From Dissulfuribacterales bacterium (lineage in GTDB: Bacteria; Desulfobacterota; Dissulfuribacteria; Dissulfuribacterales; DYLC01): 64,000 nt of DNA. Position numbers and translations under genes: made by a program. Positions 19,367-27,733 of the stretch are shown one piece after another (position 1 is the stretch's first letter; every line of letters starts with the position of its first letter). The DNA is taken from positions 8,353-72,352 of the forward strand of contig JBEULL010000004.1 in the NCBI GenBank assembly GCA_041287365.1. The letters run 5' to 3'. The notes under the pieces were generated by a model. The model was not told where the DNA came from and did no database searches. It saw nothing but the letters and a program-made list of their open reading frames with translations.

Positions 19367-19534
19367 AACCTTGATGGTTTCGTAAAAAGTCATTTTTAGG
19401 GATGGCTATGGCAAAAAGTGCCAAATGCAAGGCGCACAAAGTTCGAGGAATGAGGCGTAGTGAAATTGCGCCGTAGTGACGAGAGATGCAGCGCAACACA
19501 GCAGTTGGCGAGTTTTGCGAGGTCATCAACCTTG
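19367..19534 (+). repeat. MITE-like dispersed repeat, copy A (full length, imperfect ~20-bp terminal inverted repeats)
   Basis: 5' TTGATGGTTTCGTAAAAAGTC versus the reverse complement of the 3' end TTGATGACCTCGCAAAACTC. The first ~70 nt are ~80% identical to copies at 23499-23600 (inverted) and 32348-32460. Confidence 0.7.
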
Positions 19535-19565
19535 TGTTCGCCCTTTGTTGTTGTATATTTCCATT

Positions 19566-19865
19566 ATGATTGATGTCGATTCATTTTTTTTGTCCTCTGT
19601 GAGTGACCATGAGATCAAAGAGGAGAAACTCAAGGCCAAGGAGCTGCGTAAGACCCGCTGGTGGCAAGAGAAGTGTGCCAAAGGGGTGTGTCATTATTGT
19701 GGAAGACACGTTGGCAAGGAGGATCTCACCATGGATCATGTGGTCCCTTTGATCAGGGGTGGAAAAAGCACCAAGAACAATCTGGTCCCTGCCTGCAAGG
19801 CGTGCAACAACAAAAAGAAGTACCTTCTGCCCATGGAGTGGCAGGAGTATCTCAACGGCATCTGA
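19566..19865 (+). CDS. Small HNH endonuclease
   Basis: CHYCGRHVGKEDLTMDHVVPLIRGGKSTKNNLVPACKACNNKKK (HNH with flanking Cys pairs). The ORF-track start at 19476 lies inside the repeat, so ATG at 19566 is preferred. Confidence 0.85.
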   Translation: MIDVDSFFLSSVSDHEIKEEKLKAKELRKTRWWQEKCAKGVCHYCGRHVGKEDLTMDHVVPLIRGGKSTKNNLVPACKACNNKKKYLLPMEWQEYLNGI

Positions 19866-19877
19866 CGGGTAGCACAT

Positions 19878-21734
19878 ATGTGTGGAATAGTTGGTTATAT
19901 AGGCAAAAGACCGGTCACAGCCGTGTTGCTGGACGGCTTGAGTAAGCTGGAATACCGGGGTTATGACTCCGCTGGCATAGCCTGGCTTGCAACGGACGGC
20001 ATTCAGCGGCGCAGGGCATCGGGCAAGCTGTCCAACCTTGTGGAACTGGTGGCTCGTGAGGGCGAAATCTCTTCTTTGGTAAATGGATTGAGTATGGGCA
20101 TAGGCCATACCCGTTGGGCCACTCATGGCGAGCCCACGGAGCGAAATGCACACCCTCATGTGGACTGCACTGGCCGCATAGTGGTGGTACATAATGGTAT
20201 CATCGAAAATTATCGTTCTTTGCGCCAGGAACTGGAGACCGAAGGCCATGTATTCAAGTCTGAAACTGACACCGAAGTCATAGCCCATCTGGTGGAAAAA
20301 TATCTGAAGGATGACCTTCGAGCAGCGGTTCAGGCTGCGGTGACTCGATTGACTGGTTCTTATGCCATGGTGGTGCTCTGGCAAAACTGGCCGGGCAGGT
20401 TGGTGGCGGTGCGCAAGCAAAGCCCGCTGGTTTTGGGCATGGGAGACCAGGAGATATTTTTGGCCTCGGACATTCCAGCGCTTCTGCCATACACAAGACG
20501 AGTGGTGTTTTTAGAGAATGATGATCTGGCCGTGTTGTCTGCCGAAGGGGCCGAAATGTACTCCATTGTCGATGGTCAGCGTATAGAACAAAGGCCTATT
20601 CAGACTATCACCTGGGATATCTCCATGGCGGAGAAGGCCGGTTATCGGCATTTCATGCTCAAGGAGATATTCGAACAGCCCCAGGCCATTTTGAACACCC
20701 TGGCAGGCAGAATCGACCCTGAAACCGGCAAAGTCGTGCTTCCTGAGCTCACATTGCCCTTGAAAGAGCTGACATCCATTCAAAATATCCTGTTTTTGGC
20801 CTGCGGCACTTCATGGCATGCAGGCCTCACTGCCACCTACTGGTTCGAGGAGTGGCTCGGCATTCCTTGCCGTGTGGAGTTGGCTTCGGAGTTTCGCTAC
20901 CGCTCCATGCCCGTCAATTCAAATACATTGGTGATTCCTATCTCTCAGTCGGGGGAAACAGCGGATACCCTGGCTGGCCTGAGAAAGGCCCGCGATGCCG
21001 GGGCTAACATGATCTCCATTTGTAATGTGTTGGGCAGCACCATCGCCCGTGAGTCAGGAAACGCTATCTACACCCATGCAGGCCCTGAGATCGGCGTGGC
21101 CTCCACCAAGGCATTCACCTCTCAGCTCACAGTGCTCTATCTCATAGGGCTTTATCTGGCTCAAGAGAGAAACGCCATGACAGTCGATGCAATCGCTCGC
21201 AAGATAAATGCAATACTGGAGGTCCCCAACCTCGTGGAATCCTGGCTGAAACCATGGCAGGAGATCGCCGGCATCATTGCCGAGGACATGGCACAGCACA
21301 GGGATGTCCTGTATCTGGGCAGACACATGAATTTTCCCATAGCGCTGGAAGGCGCATTGAAACTCAAGGAGATCTCTTACATTCATGCCGAAGGATATGC
21401 GGCCGGCGAGATGAAACACGGCCCCATAGCCCTTATAGACAAGGACATGCCCGTAGTGGCCATAATCCCGCGGGATCACGTAATGGAAAAAATGATCAGC
21501 AATGTCCAGGAGGTGAAAAGCCGTCGAGGCCGTATGGTGATACTTGGAGAAGGTGACGACGAACTTCGGGCAATGGCCCAACATTTCATCGAGATTCCAA
21601 AGGGGAAAGACTTGAGCATAAATCCCTTTGTCTGTGTGGTCCCCCTTCAGCTTTTGGCCTATGAAACGGCTGTTTTTAAGGGCTGTGATGTGGATCAGCC
21701 TAGAAATCTGGCTAAAAGTGTGACAGTGGAGTGA
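19878..21734 (+). CDS. glmS: Glutamine--fructose-6-phosphate aminotransferase
   Basis: N-terminal MCGIVGYIG (Ntn Cys), two SIS domains, C-terminal ...AKSVTVE. Confidence 0.98.
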   Translation: MCGIVGYIGKRPVTAVLLDGLSKLEYRGYDSAGIAWLATDGIQRRRASGKLSNLVELVAREGEISSLVNGLSMGIGHTRWATHGEPTERNAHPHVDCTGRIVVVHNGIIENYRSLRQELETEGHVFKSETDTEVIAHLVEKYLKDDLRAAVQAAVTRLTGSYAMVVLWQNWPGRLVAVRKQSPLVLGMGDQEIFLASDIPALLPYTRRVVFLENDDLAVLSAEGAEMYSIVDGQRIEQRPIQTITWDISMAEKAGYRHFMLKEIFEQPQAILNTLAGRIDPETGKVVLPELTLPLKELTSIQNILFLACGTSWHAGLTATYWFEEWLGIPCRVELASEFRYRSMPVNSNTLVIPISQSGETADTLAGLRKARDAGANMISICNVLGSTIARESGNAIYTHAGPEIGVASTKAFTSQLTVLYLIGLYLAQERNAMTVDAIARKINAILEVPNLVESWLKPWQEIAGIIAEDMAQHRDVLYLGRHMNFPIALEGALKLKEISYIHAEGYAAGEMKHGPIALIDKDMPVVAIIPRDHVMEKMISNVQEVKSRRGRMVILGEGDDELRAMAQHFIEIPKGKDLSINPFVCVVPLQLLAYETAVFKGCDVDQPRNLAKSVTVE

Positions 21735-21738
21735 GCAT

Positions 21739-22488
21739 ATGAATGTGGTCGCAAAACTTTTGTCGGCTGTTTTGATTATGGCAATGTCGGCTGTTGCGCT
21801 TTATGCACAGGAGGAAGCGGATGTGGATACCTTGCAATCCGCTTCAGCTTCGCGCCCTGTGAATGCAGTTCAGGCGGCGGCTGCCCTGGGGCCTCGTGAA
21901 TTGGCTCAGCTCATGCAACTGGCCCATAGAAACATGCAAGACATGGCCGCCTATTTCTATCAGGAGACCCTCACCCCCGGCAATCCGAACCCTGTGCGGG
22001 CGGAAGGCCATGTCTATATGAAACGGCCTGATTTCATGCGCTGGGATTATGTAAAGCCTGAGCCTCAGGTGGTGGTTGTCAACGAAAAGGCGGTTTATGT
22101 CTATGAAAAGGAGGTCAATCAGGTGATGGTGATGAATCGCGAGCAGTTTCTGTCAGCGGAGATCACCAGGGCCTTTTTTGGAGGAGACGGTGAATTGACC
22201 CGCTATTTTTATATCGATACTCCGGGCCGCGGCATGGCTAACGTCCCCTGGACATTGAAGCTGGTTCCCGTGCCAGATAAGACCGCTCAGGCTGAAGGTA
22301 TGAGCCGCATCAAGGCCCTTTGGCTGACCCTTAATGAAAATACACACCTTATTTCTTCAATTCGCATAGAAGATCAGGCCGGAACCAGAATAAACATCTC
22401 ATTTCAGGACATGCGATTGAACGGTAAGCTGCCCGATGACCTGTTCCGGTTCGATATACCCCCTGGAGCCGAGGTCTTCAGGCAGTGA
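21739..22488 (+). CDS. LolA-like outer-membrane lipoprotein carrier family protein
   Basis: Signal peptide; FYQETL...AEGHVYMKRPDFMRWDYVKPEPQVVVVNEKAVYVYE matches the LolA-fold pattern. Confidence 0.8.
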   Translation: MNVVAKLLSAVLIMAMSAVALYAQEEADVDTLQSASASRPVNAVQAAAALGPRELAQLMQLAHRNMQDMAAYFYQETLTPGNPNPVRAEGHVYMKRPDFMRWDYVKPEPQVVVVNEKAVYVYEKEVNQVMVMNREQFLSAEITRAFFGGDGELTRYFYIDTPGRGMANVPWTLKLVPVPDKTAQAEGMSRIKALWLTLNENTHLISSIRIEDQAGTRINISFQDMRLNGKLPDDLFRFDIPPGAEVFRQ

Positions 22489-22516
22489 TTTTTGACCATT
22501 TCACCGGAGCGTTTTT

Positions 22517-23431
22517 ATGCAGACAGATTTGAAACAGGCGATCAGGCGGCTCGCCAGGGAAAAGAACGCCATCATACTGGCCCATAACTACCAGCTTCCT
22601 GATGTGCAGGATGTAGCCGATCTGACCGGCGATTCCCTGGCCTTGAGCATACAGGCTGCAAAGACCGATGCAGACATCATCGTCTTTTGCGGAGTGCACT
22701 TCATGGCGGAGACCGCTGCCATTCTGTGTCCGAACAAAAAGGTCTTGCTGCCGGTTTTACACGCAGGCTGTGCCATGGCTGACATGGTGACCGCAGAGGA
22801 CTTGAAGGAGTTTAAGTCCATTCATTCCGGCGTACCGGTGGTGACATATGTAAATTCCAGCGCCGAGGTCAAGGCCGAGAGCTACATCTGCTGTACCTCT
22901 GCCAATGCAGTGCAGGTGGTGAAGTCCTTGCGTTGCCCTGAGGTGATCATGACTCCTGATAAAAACTTGGCCATGTGGACTCAGCGTCATACCAATCAGA
23001 AGATACATATCTGGAAGGGCTTCTGTCCTATACACGATGCATTGAGGCCTGAGGAATTGCAAAGATTGAAGTCTGTGCATTCAACTGCATTGATTATAGC
23101 ACATCCTGAGTGTCCACCTGACATTCTGGACATGGCGGATGTGGTCAAAAGCACCAGCGGCATGTTGGAGTTTCCGGAAAAATCCGATGCCGATGAATTC
23201 ATCATCGCCACGGAGATAGGGCTGTTATATCCTTTGCAAAGGCGTTATCCGCACAAGCGTTTTTATGCGGCATCCTCCAAGATGGTCTGCGAAGAAATGA
23301 AAAAAACAGGCTTAAAAGAGGTGTTCGATGCATTGAGAGATGAAAAGCATGTAGTTATGGTGCCGGAAGAGACACGCTTGCGAGCCTTGAGCGCAGTAGA
23401 GCGGATGCTTGATGTGCCGAGGGACAATTGA
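22517..23431 (+). CDS. nadA: Quinolinate synthase
   Basis: AIILAHNYQLPDVQDVADLTGDSLALS, VFCGVHFMAETAAIL, conserved Cys residues. Confidence 0.95.
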   Translation: MQTDLKQAIRRLAREKNAIILAHNYQLPDVQDVADLTGDSLALSIQAAKTDADIIVFCGVHFMAETAAILCPNKKVLLPVLHAGCAMADMVTAEDLKEFKSIHSGVPVVTYVNSSAEVKAESYICCTSANAVQVVKSLRCPEVIMTPDKNLAMWTQRHTNQKIHIWKGFCPIHDALRPEELQRLKSVHSTALIIAHPECPPDILDMADVVKSTSGMLEFPEKSDADEFIIATEIGLLYPLQRRYPHKRFYAASSKMVCEEMKKTGLKEVFDALRDEKHVVMVPEETRLRALSAVERMLDVPRDN

Positions 23432-23498
23432 TGGCGTCGTAATGACTCACAACTGTGATTATAAATGTTTAATGTTGAATTTTTAATTGTGTTAAATT

Positions 23499-23600
23499 AA
23501 CCTTGCTTCAACATTCAGAATTTAAAATTGATTTGAGTGCCTTGCATTTGGCGCTTTTTGCCGTAGCCATTCTCTACAATGACTTTTTACAAGATCATCA
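23499..23600 (-). repeat. MITE-like dispersed repeat, copy B (short-tail variant, inverted)
   Basis: Reverse complement reads GATGATCTTGTAAAAAGTCATTGTAGAGAATGGCTACGGCAAAAAGCGCCAAATGCAAGGCACTCAAATCAATTTTAAATTCTGAATGTTGAAGCAAGGTTA. Confidence 0.7.
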
Positions 23601-23611
23601 CAATTGATTAG

Positions 23612-24334
23612 ATGCTTAAAAACAGAAGGGAAATGAAAGAGGACACCTCGGGACGTTGGCGCTGGCTCATCACCTATGCAGACATGGTCTCGTTGCTTCT
23701 GGGCTTTTTTGTGCTGCTTTACGGGTTTTCCAGTATGGACCAGGCCAAATTCAAGGCCGTTTCAGAGTCTTTGAAGGATGCCTTCGGTCTTTCAAGGGGA
23801 GTGATCGTGTCTGATACGGACAAAGACAGCCTGCCCCAGGCCATGCCTGCCAATGTAAGTGAGCTTATAGCTGCATTCAAGACGGCCGTTGAGCCGATTG
23901 TCTCTAAAAATGGACTGGAAGTTGAGGAAGGTTCGGACAGGGTAACGATTCGTATTCGAGACGATATATTGTTTGAAGACCGTAGCATAAGGCTTAAAAA
24001 TGAGGCGCGGCCCGTTCTTGCCGATATTCGAAGTGTGCTGGAAAGGCTTCCTGGACAGGTCGTGACCTCCGGCTATACGGACAGCTCCTTTGTCCCTGAT
24101 GCACAGTGGCCGTCGGATTGGGTTCTGTCCGCAGCCAGGGCGGCCGTGGTCTTAGATTTTTTGCTGGATAAGAGCAGTATTCCACATTCAAAGGCCTATG
24201 CCGTTGGATACGGGTCCAGCCGTCCGAAATTTTTGAGTGATACTCCGGAGCACATAGCAAAAAACCGCAGAGTTGAGATATCCTTTATCCCTTCACAGAC
24301 AGAAGGGTTGCGAGTGATACCTCTGGCCAAATAG
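23612..24334 (+). CDS. MotB/OmpA-family protein (stator-like, orphan)
   Basis: N-terminal TM with a conserved Asp (WLITYADMVSLLLGFFVLLY). C-terminal OmpA-like domain (GYTDSS...NRRVEISF). Confidence 0.8.
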   Translation: MLKNRREMKEDTSGRWRWLITYADMVSLLLGFFVLLYGFSSMDQAKFKAVSESLKDAFGLSRGVIVSDTDKDSLPQAMPANVSELIAAFKTAVEPIVSKNGLEVEEGSDRVTIRIRDDILFEDRSIRLKNEARPVLADIRSVLERLPGQVVTSGYTDSSFVPDAQWPSDWVLSAARAAVVLDFLLDKSSIPHSKAYAVGYGSSRPKFLSDTPEHIAKNRRVEISFIPSQTEGLRVIPLAK

Positions 24335-24414
24335 CCGTATTAATACCTGACAATTCACGTGCTACTATTCCAGGACATTTTATTTGTCCGCAACACACTG
24401 CTGACATCTTTTAA

Positions 24415-24443
24415 TTGACATCAGGCATTGCTATCTGTATTAT
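24415..24443 (+). promoter_or_regulatory. Putative sigma70-type promoter upstream of ffh
   Basis: TTGACA (24415-24420), 17-nt spacer, TATTAT (24438-24443), ~95 nt upstream of the ffh ATG. Sequence match only. Confidence 0.35.
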
Positions 24444-24537
24444 TTAGAGCTTATTTTAGGCTATCTGTCTTTGGTGGATAGGTGTATCTAATAATTTTAT
24501 AAGGCTGGCCGAACAGGTTTCGAAAAAGTTTAACGAT

Positions 24538-25872
24538 ATGTTTGCAACCCTTACAGAACGCCTTGAAGGCATTTTCAAGCGCATGCGCGGATATGGTCGG
24601 CTCTCCGAAGAGAACATTCAGGAGGGGCTGCGAGAGGTGCGTCTTGCCCTTTTGGAGGCGGATGTCCACTTCAGGGTGGTAAAGGATTTCATCGACCGCA
24701 TAAAGGTAAGGGCCATAGGCCAGGAGGTTATGGAGAGCCTTACTCCGGGGCAGCAGCTTGTAAAGATCGTTCACGATGAGCTGGTTGCACTTTTGGGTGG
24801 AGCGAATCAGCGCCTAAATCTGGCCGGCGGTCAGCCGGCGGTGATTCTGCTTGCAGGTCTTCAGGGTTCAGGGAAGACCACCACCGCTGCCAAGCTTGCC
24901 TTGTGGCTGCGCTCCAAGGGCCGTAGGCCGTACCTCGTGCCTGCCGATGTGTATCGGCCTGCTGCAATCGACCAGCTGACGGCATTGGCCAAACAGATTC
25001 AAATGGATGTTTTTCCGTCACAGGCATCGGATAAACCAGTTGATATCGTAAGGAAGGCCAGGTCCGAGGCTATCAGGCTCAACAGAGATACGCTTATAAT
25101 AGACACTGCAGGTCGTTTGCATATAGATGAAGCCCTGATGCAGGAACTCAAGGACATAAAGGCCCTGATGTCTCCTCAGGAGATATTGCTGGTGGTGGAT
25201 GCAATGACCGGTCAGGATGCCGTGAATATGGCTAAAAGTTTCAATGAAGCCATAGAGATAACCGGTGTGGTGCTTACCAAGATGGATGGAGACGCCAGGG
25301 GCGGTGCTGCCCTTTCCATTCAATCCATCACAGGCAAACCCATCAAATTTGTTGGAATGAGTGAAAAGATAGATGGTCTGGAGCCATTTTATCCCGATCG
25401 TCTGGCCAATCGTATACTGGGCATGGGTGATGTTTTAAGCCTTATCGAAAAGGTGCAGCAGAACGTCGATCAGCAGAAGACATTGGAACTCAAGGAAAAG
25501 ATCAAAAAGGATTCCTTTACCCTTGATGATTTCAAAGATCAGTTGTTACAGATCAGAAAGATGGGAGGTCTGGCCCAGGTGGTTTCAATGATTCCGGGCA
25601 TCAACAAGCTCAAGCAGGTGCAGGGCATGATGCCGGAAGAAAAGGAGCTTTCCAAGATAATAGCGATCATAGACTCCATGACGCGAAAGGAACGGGTCGA
25701 TTGGACCATCATCAACGCCAGTCGCAGAAGGCGTATCGCCAAGGGGAGCGGCACAACGGTGCAGGATGTCAATAAACTCCTCAAGAATTATGCCGAGATG
25801 TCTAAGATGTTGAAGAAGATAAAGAAGACAGGTTTGAAGGGGTTCGCCAGGGGCTTTAACCCGTTTGGTTGA
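24538..25872 (+). CDS. ffh: Signal recognition particle protein
   Basis: GLQGSGKTTTAAKLA, DTAGR, TKMDGDARGGAALS, Met-rich M domain. Confidence 0.98.
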   Translation: MFATLTERLEGIFKRMRGYGRLSEENIQEGLREVRLALLEADVHFRVVKDFIDRIKVRAIGQEVMESLTPGQQLVKIVHDELVALLGGANQRLNLAGGQPAVILLAGLQGSGKTTTAAKLALWLRSKGRRPYLVPADVYRPAAIDQLTALAKQIQMDVFPSQASDKPVDIVRKARSEAIRLNRDTLIIDTAGRLHIDEALMQELKDIKALMSPQEILLVVDAMTGQDAVNMAKSFNEAIEITGVVLTKMDGDARGGAALSIQSITGKPIKFVGMSEKIDGLEPFYPDRLANRILGMGDVLSLIEKVQQNVDQQKTLELKEKIKKDSFTLDDFKDQLLQIRKMGGLAQVVSMIPGINKLKQVQGMMPEEKELSKIIAIIDSMTRKERVDWTIINASRRRRIAKGSGTTVQDVNKLLKNYAEMSKMLKKIKKTGLKGFARGFNPFG

Positions 25873-25909
25873 TATTTTTGATTGTTATTTATTAAAATAA
25901 GGAGGATAT

Positions 25910-26149
25910 ATGGCAGTAAAATTGAGATTGACCCGCATGGGCAGAAAGAAGAAGCCGTTTTACAGGGTGGTGGCAGCCCATTCAGAGGCTAAGCGCGATG
26001 GCCGTTTTCTGGAGATATTGGGCACTTATGACCCTCTCAAGAATCCGGTTGAGTGTAAAATGGACGCTGAACGCGTGAAATACTGGCTTGGGCAGGGCGC
26101 TACTCCTACCGAGACGGTCAGCAGTCTCATCAAAAAATTTGTGAACTGA
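25910..26149 (+). CDS. rpsP: 30S ribosomal protein S16
   Basis: [23 protein letters not shown]... Confidence 0.97.
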   Translation: MAVKLRLTRMGRKKKPFYRVVAAHSEAKRDGRFLEILGTYDPLKNPVECKMDAERVKYWLGQGATPTETVSSLIKKFVN

Positions 26150-26247
26150 TGGCAATTTTCCTATTGTAGGAGTACGTTACTGTGCTCATGCTGGGCGCGT
26201 GCAACTGCGCCCCTACATTGCATTTTGAAATGATGTGAGGACATTGC

Positions 26248-26478
26248 ATGAAAGAGCTGGTGGAGTACTTGGTCAAGTCGCTGGTTGATAATGTGGATGC
26301 AGTGCAGGTCACAGAGGTCGAGGGTGAACAGACCACCGTTGTGGAGGTGCGTGTGGCCCAGGAGGATATCGGCAAGATCATAGGCCGTCAGGGCCGCACT
26401 GCCAAGGCATTGCGAACCATTGTGTCTGCTGCATCCAATAAGCTCAAAAAGCGCGCCATGCTGGAGATATTGGAATAG
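26248..26478 (+). CDS. KH domain RNA-binding protein (YlqC/UPF0109)
   Basis: [26 protein letters not shown]; conserved position between rpsP and rimM. Confidence 0.9.
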   Translation: MKELVEYLVKSLVDNVDAVQVTEVEGEQTTVVEVRVAQEDIGKIIGRQGRTAKALRTIVSAASNKLKKRAMLEILE

Positions 26479-26496
26479 TTTTATTCCGTTGAAGCA

Positions 26497-27009
26497 TTGA
26501 TGGAGCAGAAGTCGGAAGTTATAGCCATAGGAAGGGTGTGTAAGCCGCATGGTATAAGGGGTGAGTTGGTTCTGTCTTCTATGTATTCGAATGTCCTGCG
26601 GCCTGGCCTTCGGCTTGTGATAGGTGAAAGGCATTTTGAGCTTTTGTCATTGAGGGAGGCTCCGAGCGGTTTTCTTGTGCGCCTGAAGGGCGTGTTGAAT
26701 CGTTCCGATGCTGAGGCATTGAGCGGGTCGACTGTTTATGTTTCCGCGTTAAGTTTACCGCAGTTGCCTGACGGTGAGTTTTATTGGCATGAGGTGATCG
26801 GTCTCAGGGTGGTGGCCGCCGGTGTCGAGCTGGGCAGGGTCGTAGATATTTTGCAGACAGGGGCGCACGATATTTATGTGGTGCATTCCGAGGATAAAAA
26901 AGAATATTTTTTTCCTGCCGTGGAAGACATAGTGACGAGAATAGATGTGCAGCACAAGGTTATGTTTGTGGATCCGCCTGACGGTTTGTTGGATATAGAT
27001 GCTCTTTGA
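26497..27009 (+). CDS. rimM: Ribosome maturation factor RimM
   Basis: IGRVCKPHGIRGELVL, PRC-barrel C-terminus, operon context. Confidence 0.93.
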   Translation: MMEQKSEVIAIGRVCKPHGIRGELVLSSMYSNVLRPGLRLVIGERHFELLSLREAPSGFLVRLKGVLNRSDAEALSGSTVYVSALSLPQLPDGEFYWHEVIGLRVVAAGVELGRVVDILQTGAHDIYVVHSEDKKEYFFPAVEDIVTRIDVQHKVMFVDPPDGLLDIDAL

Positions 27010-27733
27010 TATTTTGACCATATTCCCAGGCTTTTTCTCTTCGCCGTTACAGGATGGTTTGTTGTTCAAGGCCATTCAGAAAGGTCTGATTCAGGTCAGG
27101 CCTATAAATCTTCGAGATTTTACACACGACCGACACAATACAGTGGACGATCGTCCTTACGGTGGAGGGGAGGGTATGGTGATGAAGCCGGAGCCTATAT
27201 ACGAAGCCCTGGAAGCCCTCAGGTCTGAGCCTCTTGCGCCTTATGTGGTGCTTTTGAGTCCGAGGGGCAGGTTGTTTGATCAGCAAATGGCAAATGAGTG
27301 GGCCGTCCTGAATCGGTTGCTGCTTGTATGCGGTAGATATGAAGGGATAGACGAACGGGTGACCGGTTTTGTGAATGCAGAGGTGTCCATCGGCGATTAT
27401 GTGCTTTTTGGCGGAGAGGCGGCGGCCTTGGTGATACTGGAGGCGGTCGCACGCTTGATTCCCGGGGTATTGGGGTGCGAGACCTCGTCTCAAAGGGATT
27501 CCTTTTCTGATGGTCTGCTGGAAAGCCCTTGCTACACACGTCCTCCTGATTTTTTAGGGCAAAGGGTGCCTGAAGTACTGCTTTCAGGGGATCATGCACG
27601 AATCTCTCGCTGGAGGAGGGAACAGTCCTTGTTGGTCACTTTGCAGCGCAGGCCTGATTTGCTGAAAAGGATTGAATTGAGCGAAACGGACAGGGAATTT
27701 CTTGAGAAGTTGGGTTGGTCATGCGATACATAG
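26999..27733 (+). CDS. trmD: tRNA (guanine37-N1)-methyltransferase
   Basis: FDILTIFPGFF, VCGRYEGIDERV, SIGDYVLFGGE. Confidence 0.97.
   Translation: MLFDILTIFPGFFSSPLQDGLLFKAIQKGLIQVRPINLRDFTHDRHNTVDDRPYGGGEGMVMKPEPIYEALEALRSEPLAPYVVLLSPRGRLFDQQMANEWAVLNRLLLVCGRYEGIDERVTGFVNAEVSIGDYVLFGGEAAALVILEAVARLIPGVLGCETSSQRDSFSDGLLESPCYTRPPDFLGQRVPEVLLSGDHARISRWRREQSLLVTLQRRPDLLKRIELSETDREFLEKLGWSCDT

Noticed and set aside
19408-19482. Small ORFs inside the repeat copies: MAMAKSAKCKAHKVRGMRRSEIAP in A, MATAKSAKCKALKSILNSEC in B, MAKKRQLQGTQMNFEC in C.
   Set aside because: A 1-nt indel between copies shifts the frame (GGCAAAAAG-CGCC versus GGCAAAAAAACGCC). Conservation is therefore at the nucleotide level, not the peptide level, and the sequence is probably not coding.
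26193-26212. GC hairpin GGGCGC-gtgcaact-GCGCCC between rpsP and the KH-domain gene.
   Set aside because: It is a short 6-bp stem without a U-tract inside a highly conserved operon. It could be a processing or attenuation site, but the sequence alone gives no support for more.
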